Source: Pseudomonadota bacterium (GTDB lineage Bacteria > UBA10199 > 2-02-FULL-44-16 > JAAZCA01). Taken from it: 14,504 bases of DNA. The stretch spans positions 1-14,504 of the forward strand of contig JBDRBN010000047.1 in the NCBI GenBank assembly GCA_043822785.1, given 5' to 3'. The notes under the pieces were generated by a model, which worked only from the letters and a program-made list of their open reading frames with translations, was not told the DNA's origin and did no database searches. Positions 1-12,388 of the stretch are shown here, one piece after another. Made by a program: the position numbers and the translations under genes. The stretch's first letter is position 1. Each line of letters opens with the position of its first letter.

Positions 1-27
1 TGTCCTTTCAAATTTCTCCTTCGACAT
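1..27 (-). CDS. tuf: Elongation factor Tu, N-terminal 9 codons (runs off the left edge)
   Basis: The reverse complement reads GGAGGT-AAAAT-ATG TCG AAG GAG AAA TTT GAA AGG ACA = MSKEKFERT, the canonical EF-Tu N-terminus. It sits downstream of fusA as in the str operon, with an SD at 33-38. It is missing from the supplied ORF track because it is truncated. Confidence 0.95.
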
Positions 28-48
28 ATTTTACCTCCCCGGGGTTTC

Positions 49-76
49 GTATCTTGTATTTTGTATTTAGTATTTT
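49..76. repeat. Degenerate heptamer tandem array (4 units)
   Basis: GTATCTT GTATTTT GTATTTA GTATTTT in the fusA-tuf spacer. Confidence 0.75.
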
Positions 77-77
77 T

Positions 78-140
78 CGTTTCTCGCGTTGCCCTGTACC
101 GTCCGGTACAGGACGTTGCTGGCGTTTCTCGCCTTTCTCG
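78..140. repeat. Degenerate 9-mer tandem array interrupted by a 27-bp insertion
   Basis: CGTTTCTCG (78-86), [87-113 insertion], CGTTGCTGG (114-122), CGTTTCTCG (123-131), CCTTTCTCG (132-140). Confidence 0.7.
92..113. mobile_element. Putative 22-bp palindromic mini-element, copy 1, with 5-bp direct-repeat flanks
   Basis: C-CCTGTACC-GTCC-GGTACAGG-A flanked by CGTTG (87-91) and CGTTG (114-118). A related copy is at 11819-11840. Mobility is inferred, not shown. Confidence 0.55.
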
Positions 141-152
141 CGATGTTGTAGT

Positions 153-2240
153 TTATCGTCCCTGTGCTTTGGCTATTACTTCCTCTGCTAAACTAGCTGG
201 AAGCGCCTCGTAATGTGCAAACTGCATGCTATATGTAGCCCGCCCTTGGGTTACGCTTCTTAGATCAGTTGCATATCCAAACATGTTAGCTAGCGGAACC
301 TGCGCTCCAATTATCTGTGAACCCGCATGCGCATCGCTCTTTACGATGCGGCCCCGCCTGGATGTTAAATCGCCAGTAACAGCACCAACGTATTCTTCTG
401 GAACCACAACCTCCACATCCATGACTGGTTCGAGCAAAATCGGATCTGCATATTTAACCGCATTTCTCATGCACATGGCTGAACAGATTTTAAATGCCAT
501 ATCTGAGGAATCCACTTCATGGTATGAGCCATCAAACACCGTAACCTTTACATCCACAAGAGGATATCCTGCTAACGACCCGCCATCCATGGCATCATGG
601 ACGCCCTTCTTCACTGCAGGTATGTACTCGCGAGGCAATGAGCCGCCTTTCACCTCGTCCTCAAATTGAAAACCCAAGCCACGCTCTAACGGTTCTACGC
701 GCAGCCAGACATGAGCGAATTGTCCTCTTCCTCCTGTCTGCTTTGCATACTTATTTTCCATCTCGATCTTCTTAGAGATGGTTTCGCGGTATGCAACCTG
801 TGGCCTGCCAACATTAGCTCCCACATTGAACTCGCGCAGCAAGCGATCGACTATGATCTCTAGATGAAGCTCACCCATTCCGGAGATGATCGTCTGAGCA
901 GTATCTGGATCAACTGCCACTCGGAATGAAGGATCTTCATTAGCAAGCTTTTGAAGAGACATGCCAAGTCTTTCTTCATCAACCTTTGTCTTTGGCTCGA
1001 TAGCGATCGTTATGACAGGATCAGGAAACTCCATCTTCTCTAGTATGATGGGCCTTTTCTGATCGCACAGCGTATCGCCTGTTCTTGTGATGTTGAGCCC
1101 AACCGCTGCTACTATCTCGCCCGCACTCGCCTGCTTTACCTCTTCGCGCTTGTTGGAATGCATTCTTAGCAGACGGCCTATGCGCTCGCGTTTGTCCCGT
1201 ATGGGATTGTAGACAGTTTTCCCGCTCTCAACGATGCCGGAATAAACCCTAAAGTACGTTAGCTGCCCAACATATGGATCAGTCATTATCTTGAACGCGA
1301 GTGCTGAAAACGGCTCATCAGTCGACGCATGTCTTTTCTCTACTTTATCTTGCTTATCCACGCTCACGCCTTCTACAGGAGGAACTTCGAGCGGTGATGG
1401 AAGAAAATCGACAACTGCGTCCAAAAGCCGCTGCACTCCCTTGTTCTTGAAGGCTGCTCCGCAGAGAACTGGCACTACCTTCATCTGAATAGTCGCAGCA
1501 CGCGCTGCTTTTTTGATCTCTTCAATCGTGAGGCTATGGCTCTCGAGGTATTTATGAAGAATTTCATCATCAACTTCTACAACTGCTTCTATGAGCTTTT
1601 CGCGATACTCATCTACGAGCCCAATCATATCGGTTGGAATATTCATGGCCTCAAACTTGGCACCCATTGTTTCCATATCAAAGACATAGGCCTTTTTCTC
1701 GATGAGATCTATGACTCCTGTAAACTCAGCTTCAGCTCCAAGCGGCAGCTGAAACGGAATGGCGTTAGCGCCGAGCCTGTCATGCATCATCTTGACGCAG
1801 CGGAAAAAGTCAGCGCCTGTGCGATCCATCTTGTTGACGAAGCCAATCTTGGGAACTCCATATCGATTGGCCTGCCGCCACACGGTCTCTGACTGTGGCT
1901 CTACGCCTGCCACTGCATCGAACACGCCCACCGCGCCATCAAGCACTCTCAGGCTTCTTTCCACCTCTACCGTAAAATCCACATGACCAGGCGTATCTAT
2001 TATATTGATGCGATGATTGCGCCAATAACAAGTGGTAGCAGCTGAGGTGATGGTAATTCCACGCTCCTGTTCCTGCTCCATCCAATCCATCACCGCAGTG
2101 CCATCGTGAACCTCGCCTATCTTATAGGTGATGCCTGAATAGAAAAGAATGCGCTCGGTCACAGTGGTTTTACCCGCATCTATGTGTGCGATGATCCCGA
2201 TGTTGCGCATGTTTTTAAGATCTGTAGAAACCGCTGCCAT
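153..2240 (-). CDS. fusA: Elongation factor G
   Basis: 695 aa with [39 protein letters not shown] and GSYHEVDSS motifs. Located between rpsG and tuf, with SD-like GAGAGG at 2250-2255. Confidence 0.99.
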   Translation of the reverse strand: MAAVSTDLKNMRNIGIIAHIDAGKTTVTERILFYSGITYKIGEVHDGTAVMDWMEQEQERGITITSAATTCYWRNHRINIIDTPGHVDFTVEVERSLRVLDGAVGVFDAVAGVEPQSETVWRQANRYGVPKIGFVNKMDRTGADFFRCVKMMHDRLGANAIPFQLPLGAEAEFTGVIDLIEKKAYVFDMETMGAKFEAMNIPTDMIGLVDEYREKLIEAVVEVDDEILHKYLESHSLTIEEIKKAARAATIQMKVVPVLCGAAFKNKGVQRLLDAVVDFLPSPLEVPPVEGVSVDKQDKVEKRHASTDEPFSALAFKIMTDPYVGQLTYFRVYSGIVESGKTVYNPIRDKRERIGRLLRMHSNKREEVKQASAGEIVAAVGLNITRTGDTLCDQKRPIILEKMEFPDPVITIAIEPKTKVDEERLGMSLQKLANEDPSFRVAVDPDTAQTIISGMGELHLEIIVDRLLREFNVGANVGRPQVAYRETISKKIEMENKYAKQTGGRGQFAHVWLRVEPLERGLGFQFEDEVKGGSLPREYIPAVKKGVHDAMDGGSLAGYPLVDVKVTVFDGSYHEVDSSDMAFKICSAMCMRNAVKYADPILLEPVMDVEVVVPEEYVGAVTGDLTSRRGRIVKSDAHAGSQIIGAQVPLANMFGYATDLRSVTQGRATYSMQFAHYEALPASLAEEVIAKAQGR

Positions 2241-2299
2241 GCTATTTTGCCTCTCGAGCTATGCTCTACCATGCTATCAAAGAGCCAGGTAAACCATAA

Positions 2300-2773
2300 T
2301 TACCAACGATAATGTGCAAAGGCCTTGTTAGCCTCTGCCATCTTATGTGTATCCTCACGCTTCTTAACTGCTGAGCCCCGATTCTCCAACGCCTCTAGCA
2401 ACTCGCTAGCAAGCCTGTCTTTCATCGTCCCTTCTTTGCGGGCACGAGCTGCGGATATGAGCCAACGCAGCCCAAGGGACACCCTTCTGTCTGAACGAAC
2501 CTCAACCGGAACCTGATATGTAGCACCGCCCACGCGCCTTGAGCGAACCTCGATCACGGGCTTTATGTTCTCCATGGCCTGTTTGAACAGTTTAACAGGA
2601 TCATCGTTTTTCTTTTCTTGCAGCACATTGAAGCAACCATAGACTGCATGCTCTGCTGTGGATTTCTTGCCACTCCACATGATCGTACTGATGAACTTAG
2701 CAACCAGCTTGTCCCCATACTTGGGATCAGGAGCGATCTGTCTCTTTAAGCTGGCTCTCTTTTTTCTCGGCAT
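2300..2773 (-). CDS. rpsG: 30S ribosomal protein S7 (uS7)
   Basis: 157 aa with [23 protein letters not shown] and [24 protein letters not shown] at 2778-2784. Confidence 0.99.
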   Translation of the reverse strand: MPRKKRASLKRQIAPDPKYGDKLVAKFISTIMWSGKKSTAEHAVYGCFNVLQEKKNDDPVKLFKQAMENIKPVIEVRSRRVGGATYQVPVEVRSDRRVSLGLRWLISAARARKEGTMKDRLASELLEALENRGSAVKKREDTHKMAEANKAFAHYRW

Positions 2774-2785
2774 CGTTACCTCTCA

Positions 2786-2896
2786 TTCAGTGACCAGTAA
2801 CTAGTAACCAGTGATCAGCAAACAGTGGTTAGGAAACTCAATGTTTTTGTAGTACAAGTATAAGTTCTCACTGGTCACTGGTCACTGGTCACTAAA
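2786..2896 (-). repeat. Inverted heptamer tandem arrays forming a long hairpin across the rpsL-rpsG spacer
   Basis: Left units CAGTGAC CAGTAAC TAGTAAC CAGTGAT CAGCAAA CAGTGGT (2788-2829). Right units CTCACTG GTCACTG GTCACTG GTCACTA (2867-2894). 2786-2814 and 2868-2896 are reverse complements at 25/29 positions. Confidence 0.9.
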
Positions 2897-3268
2897 TTAT
2901 TTTGGTTTCTTAGTTCCGTACTTCGAACGTCTCTGCCTGCGATTTTCAACACCTGTTGTGTCTAACGTGCCACGAACTATATGATAGCGAACGCCTGGCA
3001 AATCCTTAACACGGCCGCCTCGCACCATAACCACAGAGTGCTCTTGCAGGTTATGGCCCTCACCTGGGATATAAGAGGTTACCTCAAAGCCATTGGTGAG
3101 CCTCACACGCGCAACTTTGCGCAGCGCTGAGTTGGGTTTCTTAGGCGTTGTGGTATAGACGCGAACGCAAACGCCGCGACGCTGCGGGCACCTAACAAGA
3201 GCAGGCGATGCAGTGCGCAACTTAAGCTGCTTTCTTCCCATTCGTACCAATTGATTTATCGTCGGCAT
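2897..3268 (-). CDS. rpsL: 30S ribosomal protein S12 (uS12)
   Basis: 123 aa with [36 protein letters not shown] and [10 protein letters not shown]. Confidence 0.99.
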   Translation of the reverse strand: MPTINQLVRMGRKQLKLRTASPALVRCPQRRGVCVRVYTTTPKKPNSALRKVARVRLTNGFEVTSYIPGEGHNLQEHSVVMVRGGRVKDLPGVRYHIVRGTLDTTGVENRRQRRSKYGTKKPK

Positions 3269-3364
3269 AATACCCCACTTGCGTCATTTTCAGGCAACGC
3301 TGGCCTATCAAAATCGCTTCAATTACAGGATGTTAAACACCTCTCAGGGCTACTGCGCCAAAAG

Positions 3365-3401
3365 TGGGCGGCAAGCTAACAAAAGACCATTTTGAAGTCA
3401 A
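3365..3401 (-). promoter_or_regulatory. Sigma70-type promoter of the str operon with extended -10 and GC-rich discriminator
   Basis: On the minus strand: TTGACT (3401-3396), 17-nt spacer, TAGCTT (3378-3373) preceded by TGn, then GCCGCCC and an A at 3365 as a plausible start site. Confidence 0.75.
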
Positions 3402-3446
3402 GTATTTACAGGCTTTCCAGACACATCTAATGTGGAATTTTACATA

Positions 3447-7580
<4,134 letters not shown>

Positions 7581-7589
7581 GTCTCTCCT

Positions 7590-10500
7590 TTATTTTCCTG
7601 GTTCCAACAACTCCACATCTAAACAAAGCGCCTGAAGTTCTTTCATGAGCACGTTGAAGGATTCTGGAAGACCTGGTTCCAGAACTTTCTCGCCCTTCAC
7701 GATAGCCTCATACATGCGCGTACGGCCTGCGACGTCGTCTGATTTGACCGTGAGGAATTCTTGTAAAGCATATGCCGCGCCATAGGCCTCGAGTGCCCAG
7801 ACCTCCATCTCGCCTAGCCTCTGGCCGCCAAACTGCGCCTTTCCGCCAAGAGGTTGCTGCGTGACCAGAGAATAAGGACCGATGGAGCGCGCGTGAATCT
7901 TTTCATCCACAAGGTGGTGCAACTTCATCATATACATCACTCCCACCGTTACCTCAGAGTCAAACGCCTCACCGCTCCTTCCATCAAACAAAATGGTCTG
8001 TCCTGAGATCGGAAGCCCAGCAGCATCGAGAGCATTCTTTACCTCCTTCTCAGTCGCACCATCAAACACAGGCGTGGTAAACGGCACGCCGTTTTTGAGT
8101 TTGCCAGCCATCTCCTTTATCTGCCGCTCAGATGCTTCTTCCAGGAATGCATTCATGGCAGGCGAATTATATGCGCTCTTTATGGCCTTCATGAGTTCGT
8201 CCTTGGAGTAATGCTTCTCCAGGATATCGTCTATCTGCTCGCCCAAAAACTTTGCTGCCCATCCCAGGTGGGCTTCGAGTATCTGCCCCACGTTCATACG
8301 CGACGGAACTCCTAAGGGATTGAGCACGATATCCACAGGACGGCCGTCAGCTGTATAGGGCATATCCTCCTCGGGCAGAATCCTAGAGATCACGCCCTTG
8401 TTGCCATGGCGTCCGGCCATCTTGTCGCCAACTGAAAGCTTGCGCTTGATGGCTACGTAGGCTTTGACCATCTTTATGACGCCTGGAGGAAGCTCATCGC
8501 CTTTGGTAAGGCGGTTTATTTTCTGGTCGTACATCATCTTGACTAGATCCTGCTGCTCATCCACGCTGTCGAATGAGTCGGCAAGCTCTGACTCAATATC
8601 GTCGCCACCTTCAACTGATATCTCGCTCCACTTGTTAAAAGAGACTTTATTCAGCGTTTCATCGGTAATGGTCTTGCCCTTGGCCAAAAGGACTTTCTCG
8701 TCTTCATCGTCCATCACCTTGGAGGAAGATACCCTGCCCACGAGCAGCTGCCGAATCCTCTTTGCTGCCGTATCAGATATACCTTTTAGTTCTACCTCCA
8801 TGTCCTTGCCAATCTTGTCCTTCTCCTCATCCTGGATCTCTTTAGCGCGGTCATCCAGCTCAACGCCCTCTCTGGAGAAGACTTGAGCGCCTATTACCAC
8901 TCCAGAAACTCCAGGAGGCACTCGGAGACCTGTGTCCTTAACATCGCCGGCCTTGTCGCCGAAGATGGCGCGGAGCAAGCGCTCTTCTGGAGAGAGCTGA
9001 GTCTCTCCCTTAGGCGTTACTTTTCCGACCAATATATCGCCAGGCTTAATCTCGGCGCCTATTCTCACGATGCCGGAATCATCCAGATCTTTAAGCGCTT
9101 CGTCGCCCACGTTTGGAATATCGCGCGTGATATCTTCTTTGCCGAGTTTGGTGTCACGAGCAGCACACTCAAACTCCTCGATATGAATCGATGTGAAGGC
9201 ATCGTCCTTTAGAACACGCTCGCTTATTAGAATCGAATCCTCAAAGTTATAGCCAGTCCAGGGCATGAACGCGACTACCACATTCTGGCCCAGTGCAAGC
9301 TCTCCCTCATCAGTTGCAGGACCATCCGCAATCACGTCGCCGCGCTTAACCTTATCGCCCTTGATAACGATAGGCTTTTGATTGATGCAGGTGCTTTGAT
9401 TTGAACGCCTGTATTTTGTGAGATTGTAGATGTCGACATCTGAGCTAAAGTTCTTTCGTTCGCTGCGGTCTGCACGAACCACTATGCGATTCGCATCGAC
9501 CTCTGCCACAATCCCATCTCGGCGTGCCACGACCGTCACGCCTGAATCGCGGGCAACCGTTGCCTCAACTCCAGTTCCCACTAGAGGTGCGGATGTTTTG
9601 ATTAAGGGCACAGCCTGACGCTGCATATTTGAACCCATGAGAGCGCGGTTAGCATCGTCATGCTCCAAAAAGGGTATGAGGGAAGCAGCTACGGACACCA
9701 ATTGCTGTGGCGACACGTCCATGAGCTTGACGTCCTCGCGCATTGCCATGACAAATTCTCCGTGCGTCCTGGATTGCACTTTTTCGTCAACCAGGAACTT
9801 CTTATTGTCAATTTGGACGTTTGCCTGTGCGATGGCTATATCTGCCTCATCGAGCGCAGAACAATAGCGAACGTTGTCAGTGACCTTGGCGTTTTTAACT
9901 TCGCGGTACGGTGTCTCGATAAAGCCGTAGTCATTGACCCTAGCGTAAATGGACAACGAAGCGATGAGTCCAATGTTAGGACCTTCAGGCGTTTCAATAG
10001 GACATATACGACCATAGTGCGTTGGATGAACATCGCGTACCTCAAAGCCCGCACGTTCCCTGGTGAGACCGCCAGGGCCTAGGGCTGAAAGGCGCCGCTT
10101 ATGCGTCACTTCCGATAGCGGGTTTGTCTGGTCCATAAATTGTGACAACTGACTTGATCCGAAAAATTCCTTGATCACAGCACTTACTGGTTTGGGGTTG
10201 ATGAGATCGTGTGGCATGAGAGTCTCAACATCCTGCAAGCTCATGCGCTCGCGTATTGCCCTTTCCATGCGAATAAGACCAACGCGATACTGGTTTTCTA
10301 AAAGCTCTCCTACAGATCTCACTCGCCTGTTGCCAAGATGGTCGATATCATCTGTCTCGCCCTCACCATCCTTTAATTTTATTAGATAGCGAACAGTTTC
10401 AACGATATCTTCCTTGCGCAAAGTGCCGACCTCGAGCGGAACGTCAAAACCAAACTTGTAGTTTAGCTTAAGCCTGCCGACCTTTGAGAGATCGTAGCGC

Positions 10501-11699
10501 TCAGGATTATAGAAAAGATTGTCGAAAAGCGCTGAGGCCGATTCTGGCGTAGCTGGATCGCCAGGGCGAAGCCTGCGATAAATCTCTAGCTTCGCTTCCT
10601 CTGACGTGCTCGCCTTATCAGCTTTGAGCGTGTTAAGCAGGTAAGGTCCTACGTTTAAGTCATCGATGTAGAGAAGGTTTATTTCACGAATCTTACGATC
10701 GAGGATATCCTCTAACTTCTTTTCTGTGAGTTCCTCACCAACACCAAGGATCACCTCACCCGTCCCGGGGTCTACAATATCATTAGCGGTGAAGCGCCCT
10801 ACGACATCTTCAAAGTCAATAGGGATCTTCATATTCTTGATCTTCTCGATCTCCTCAATGGCTTTACGAGTAAACCTTTTGCCCTTTTTTACAATAACAG
10901 CATCTGTCTTTGGATGCTTAACATCCTTTGTCGCCCTCTGATAGCCAAGAAGAGTTGGCACAGCATTTTTCTCGAACTTGTTGCGGCTAGCGATTGTGAT
11001 GGTCTCATGCTGATAATAGATACCAAGGAGATCCTCTTCAGAGTAACCTAACGCACGAAGAAGAATTGTTGCAGGCATCTTGCGACGGCGATCTATGCGC
11101 ACATTGATCAAATCTTTGGCATCGAATTCAAAATCAAGCCATGCACCTCGATAAGGGATAACTCGGGCAGAAAACAGAAGTTTACCAGAAGAGTGTGTCT
11201 TGCCTTTGTCGTGCTCGAAGAAGACGCCAGGGCTGCGGTGAAGCTGTGATACGATAACCCTTTCAGTGCCGTTGATGATGAAAGTGCCAAACTCAGTCAT
11301 GAGTGGAACTTCGCCAAAATACACCTCTTGCTCCTTCACATCCCTAATCGACTGAGCTCCTGTAGCTTCATCAATATCCCAGACCACGAGCCTGACCGTG
11401 ACGCGCATGGGCGCAGCATAGGTCATGCCACGGTTGCGGCATTCCTGCTCCTCATACCTAGGTGGATCCATCATATATTGTACAAACTCAAGCGACGCCG
11501 TCTGATTGAATCCCTTTATAGGAAACACGCTTTTGAATACACCCTGTAATCCGATATCCGCACGCTGATCTGGGGACAGATCTGCCTGCAAAAATTGGCG
11601 AAAAGATTTCTGCTGTATCTCGATGAGCGGCGGAAATTCTATCACGCTCTTTAGTTTGGAAAAGTCTTTGTGAATACGACGTACCGGAAGGATTGCCAT
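7590..11699 (-). CDS. rpoB: DNA-directed RNA polymerase beta subunit (start revised to ATG 11699, 1369 aa)
   Basis: [41 protein letters not shown] and [19 protein letters not shown] motifs. SD AAGGAGA at 11704-11710 favours the MAILPVRR start over the track start at 11729. Confidence 0.99.
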   Translation of the reverse strand: MAILPVRRIHKDFSKLKSVIEFPPLIEIQQKSFRQFLQADLSPDQRADIGLQGVFKSVFPIKGFNQTASLEFVQYMMDPPRYEEQECRNRGMTYAAPMRVTVRLVVWDIDEATGAQSIRDVKEQEVYFGEVPLMTEFGTFIINGTERVIVSQLHRSPGVFFEHDKGKTHSSGKLLFSARVIPYRGAWLDFEFDAKDLINVRIDRRRKMPATILLRALGYSEEDLLGIYYQHETITIASRNKFEKNAVPTLLGYQRATKDVKHPKTDAVIVKKGKRFTRKAIEEIEKIKNMKIPIDFEDVVGRFTANDIVDPGTGEVILGVGEELTEKKLEDILDRKIREINLLYIDDLNVGPYLLNTLKADKASTSEEAKLEIYRRLRPGDPATPESASALFDNLFYNPERYDLSKVGRLKLNYKFGFDVPLEVGTLRKEDIVETVRYLIKLKDGEGETDDIDHLGNRRVRSVGELLENQYRVGLIRMERAIRERMSLQDVETLMPHDLINPKPVSAVIKEFFGSSQLSQFMDQTNPLSEVTHKRRLSALGPGGLTRERAGFEVRDVHPTHYGRICPIETPEGPNIGLIASLSIYARVNDYGFIETPYREVKNAKVTDNVRYCSALDEADIAIAQANVQIDNKKFLVDEKVQSRTHGEFVMAMREDVKLMDVSPQQLVSVAASLIPFLEHDDANRALMGSNMQRQAVPLIKTSAPLVGTGVEATVARDSGVTVVARRDGIVAEVDANRIVVRADRSERKNFSSDVDIYNLTKYRRSNQSTCINQKPIVIKGDKVKRGDVIADGPATDEGELALGQNVVVAFMPWTGYNFEDSILISERVLKDDAFTSIHIEEFECAARDTKLGKEDITRDIPNVGDEALKDLDDSGIVRIGAEIKPGDILVGKVTPKGETQLSPEERLLRAIFGDKAGDVKDTGLRVPPGVSGVVIGAQVFSREGVELDDRAKEIQDEEKDKIGKDMEVELKGISDTAAKRIRQLLVGRVSSSKVMDDEDEKVLLAKGKTITDETLNKVSFNKWSEISVEGGDDIESELADSFDSVDEQQDLVKMMYDQKINRLTKGDELPPGVIKMVKAYVAIKRKLSVGDKMAGRHGNKGVISRILPEEDMPYTADGRPVDIVLNPLGVPSRMNVGQILEAHLGWAAKFLGEQIDDILEKHYSKDELMKAIKSAYNSPAMNAFLEEASERQIKEMAGKLKNGVPFTTPVFDGATEKEVKNALDAAGLPISGQTILFDGRSGEAFDSEVTVGVMYMMKLHHLVDEKIHARSIGPYSLVTQQPLGGKAQFGGQRLGEMEVWALEAYGAAYALQEFLTVKSDDVAGRTRMYEAIVKGEKVLEPGLPESFNVLMKELQALCLDVELLEPGK

Positions 11700-11742
11700 A
11701 TGTTCTCCTTGACTGCCTTCGTATCTCATTAAATAGCTGAGC

Positions 11743-11765
11743 CCTCAGGGAGTTTTCCCCCGAGG
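11743..11765 (-). other. GC-rich hairpin in the rpoB leader
   Basis: Plus strand CCTC-A-GGGGA-GTTT-TCCCC-GAGG: 9 bp with one bulge and no U-tract. Confidence 0.5.
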
Positions 11766-11855
11766 TGTCATCCTGAGGGCGCTTACGCCCGAAGGATCTC
11801 AGAGATCCTTCGACTCCGCCCCGTACCAGGCGGTACGGGGCTTCGCTCAGGATGA
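11766..11855. repeat. REP/MITE-like multi-branched palindromic element
   Basis: Outer arms TCATCCTGAG (11768-11777) and CTCAGGATGA (11846-11855). Central arms CGAAGGATCTC (11790-11800) and GAGATCCTTCG (11802-11812). Side hairpin GGGCG-CTTA-CGCCC (11777-11790). Confidence 0.8.
11819..11840. mobile_element. Putative 22-bp palindromic mini-element, copy 2, nested in the REP-like element
   Basis: CCCCGTACC-AGGC-GGTACGGGG flanked by CTCCG (11814-11818) and CTTCG (11841-11845). Mobility is inferred. Confidence 0.55.
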
Positions 11856-11880
11856 GGGGTCGAAACATCTCGACCCCTCA
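11853..11880 (-). other. Perfect 11-bp hairpin starting at the rplL stop codon (possible pause, stabiliser or terminator remnant)
   Basis: TGAGGGGTCGA-AACATC-TCGACCCCTCA. On the mRNA it is followed by UCCUGAG rather than a U-tract, so it is not called a terminator. Confidence 0.6.
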
Positions 11881-12261
11881 CTTTATCTCTACCTTTGCTC
11901 CTGCACCTTCTAACTTCTTCTTTATTTCCTCGGCTTCTTCCTTTGTCACGCCTTCTTTAACCGGCTTTGGTGCTCCCTCAACAAGTTCCTTGGCCTCTTT
12001 CAGGCCCAAGCTTGTGAGAGCGCGCACTTCCTTGATGACGTTGATCTTGTTGCCGCCAATCTCGGTCAACATGACTGTGAACTCGGTCTTTTCCTCAGCA
12101 GCCTCTCCAGCAGCCGCGCCTGGAGCAGCCGCTACAGCTATTGCTGGCGCCGCAGCGGACACGCCAAATGTATCCTCTAACTCCTTTACGAGCTCAGATA
12201 CCTCAAGCAGCGTCATACCCTTGAGAGCCTCAACGATCTCAGCTTTTCCTACTGTAGCCAT
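11878..12261 (-). CDS. rplL: 50S ribosomal protein L7/L12 (bL12), start revised to ATG 12261 (127 aa)
   Basis: [22 protein letters not shown], Ala-rich hinge, [15 protein letters not shown] and [23 protein letters not shown] at 12267-12273. Confidence 0.98.
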   Translation of the reverse strand: MATVGKAEIVEALKGMTLLEVSELVKELEDTFGVSAAAPAIAVAAAPGAAAGEAAEEKTEFTVMLTEIGGNKINVIKEVRALTSLGLKEAKELVEGAPKPVKEGVTKEEAEEIKKKLEGAGAKVEIK

Positions 12262-12388
12262 ACTTTCCTCCTTGTTCATACGCGCCCCAATCAATACTGT
12301 ATCGTCGTTGCTACAGCTTAAGTGGGCGCCGACCGTAATATTATAATGAAGGTCGGCATTTAAGCGCCTTGGTTATTTCAAAATTTAC

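Noticed and set aside
37..44. CCCCGGGG palindrome next to the tuf SD
   Set aside because: It is only 8 bp with no loop, so it cannot form a stable hairpin and could arise by chance.
2277..2297. Mini-ORF MVYLAL right after the rpsG stop
   Set aside because: It has six codons, no SD and no supporting feature.
2788..2894. Repeat arrays as a possible CRISPR array
   Set aside because: The units are 7-bp tandem repeats with no unique spacers, and no cas genes are present.
3422..3446. Short imperfect palindromes after the rpoC stop as a terminator
   Set aside because: The stems are weak and AT-rich, are mismatched on the mRNA strand, and have no U-tract.
10081..10160. Rifampicin-resistance-determining region of rpoB, and the streptomycin-related lysines of rpsL
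   Set aside because: The sequences ([28 protein letters not shown] and RVKDLP) match the usual wild-type pattern, with no resistance substitution seen.
11700..11729. N-terminal extension of RpoB in the ORF track (likewise RplL 12262-12294 and RplA 13620-13625)
   Set aside because: Strong SD motifs lie within these extensions, just upstream of the downstream ATGs. The extensions are longest-ORF artefacts.
11488..11868. 126-aa minus-strand ORF (MFRPLILSEAPYRLVRGG...) crossing the rplL-rpoB spacer
   Set aside because: It is a translation of the palindromic repeats, overlaps rpoB out of frame, and its ATG is in a hairpin loop, so it is probably spurious.
12335..12350. TATAAT-like hexamers in the rplJ-rplL spacer as an internal promoter
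   Set aside because: They lie in an AT-rich hairpin loop with no convincing -35 at the proper spacing, so a promoter cannot be supported without TSS data.
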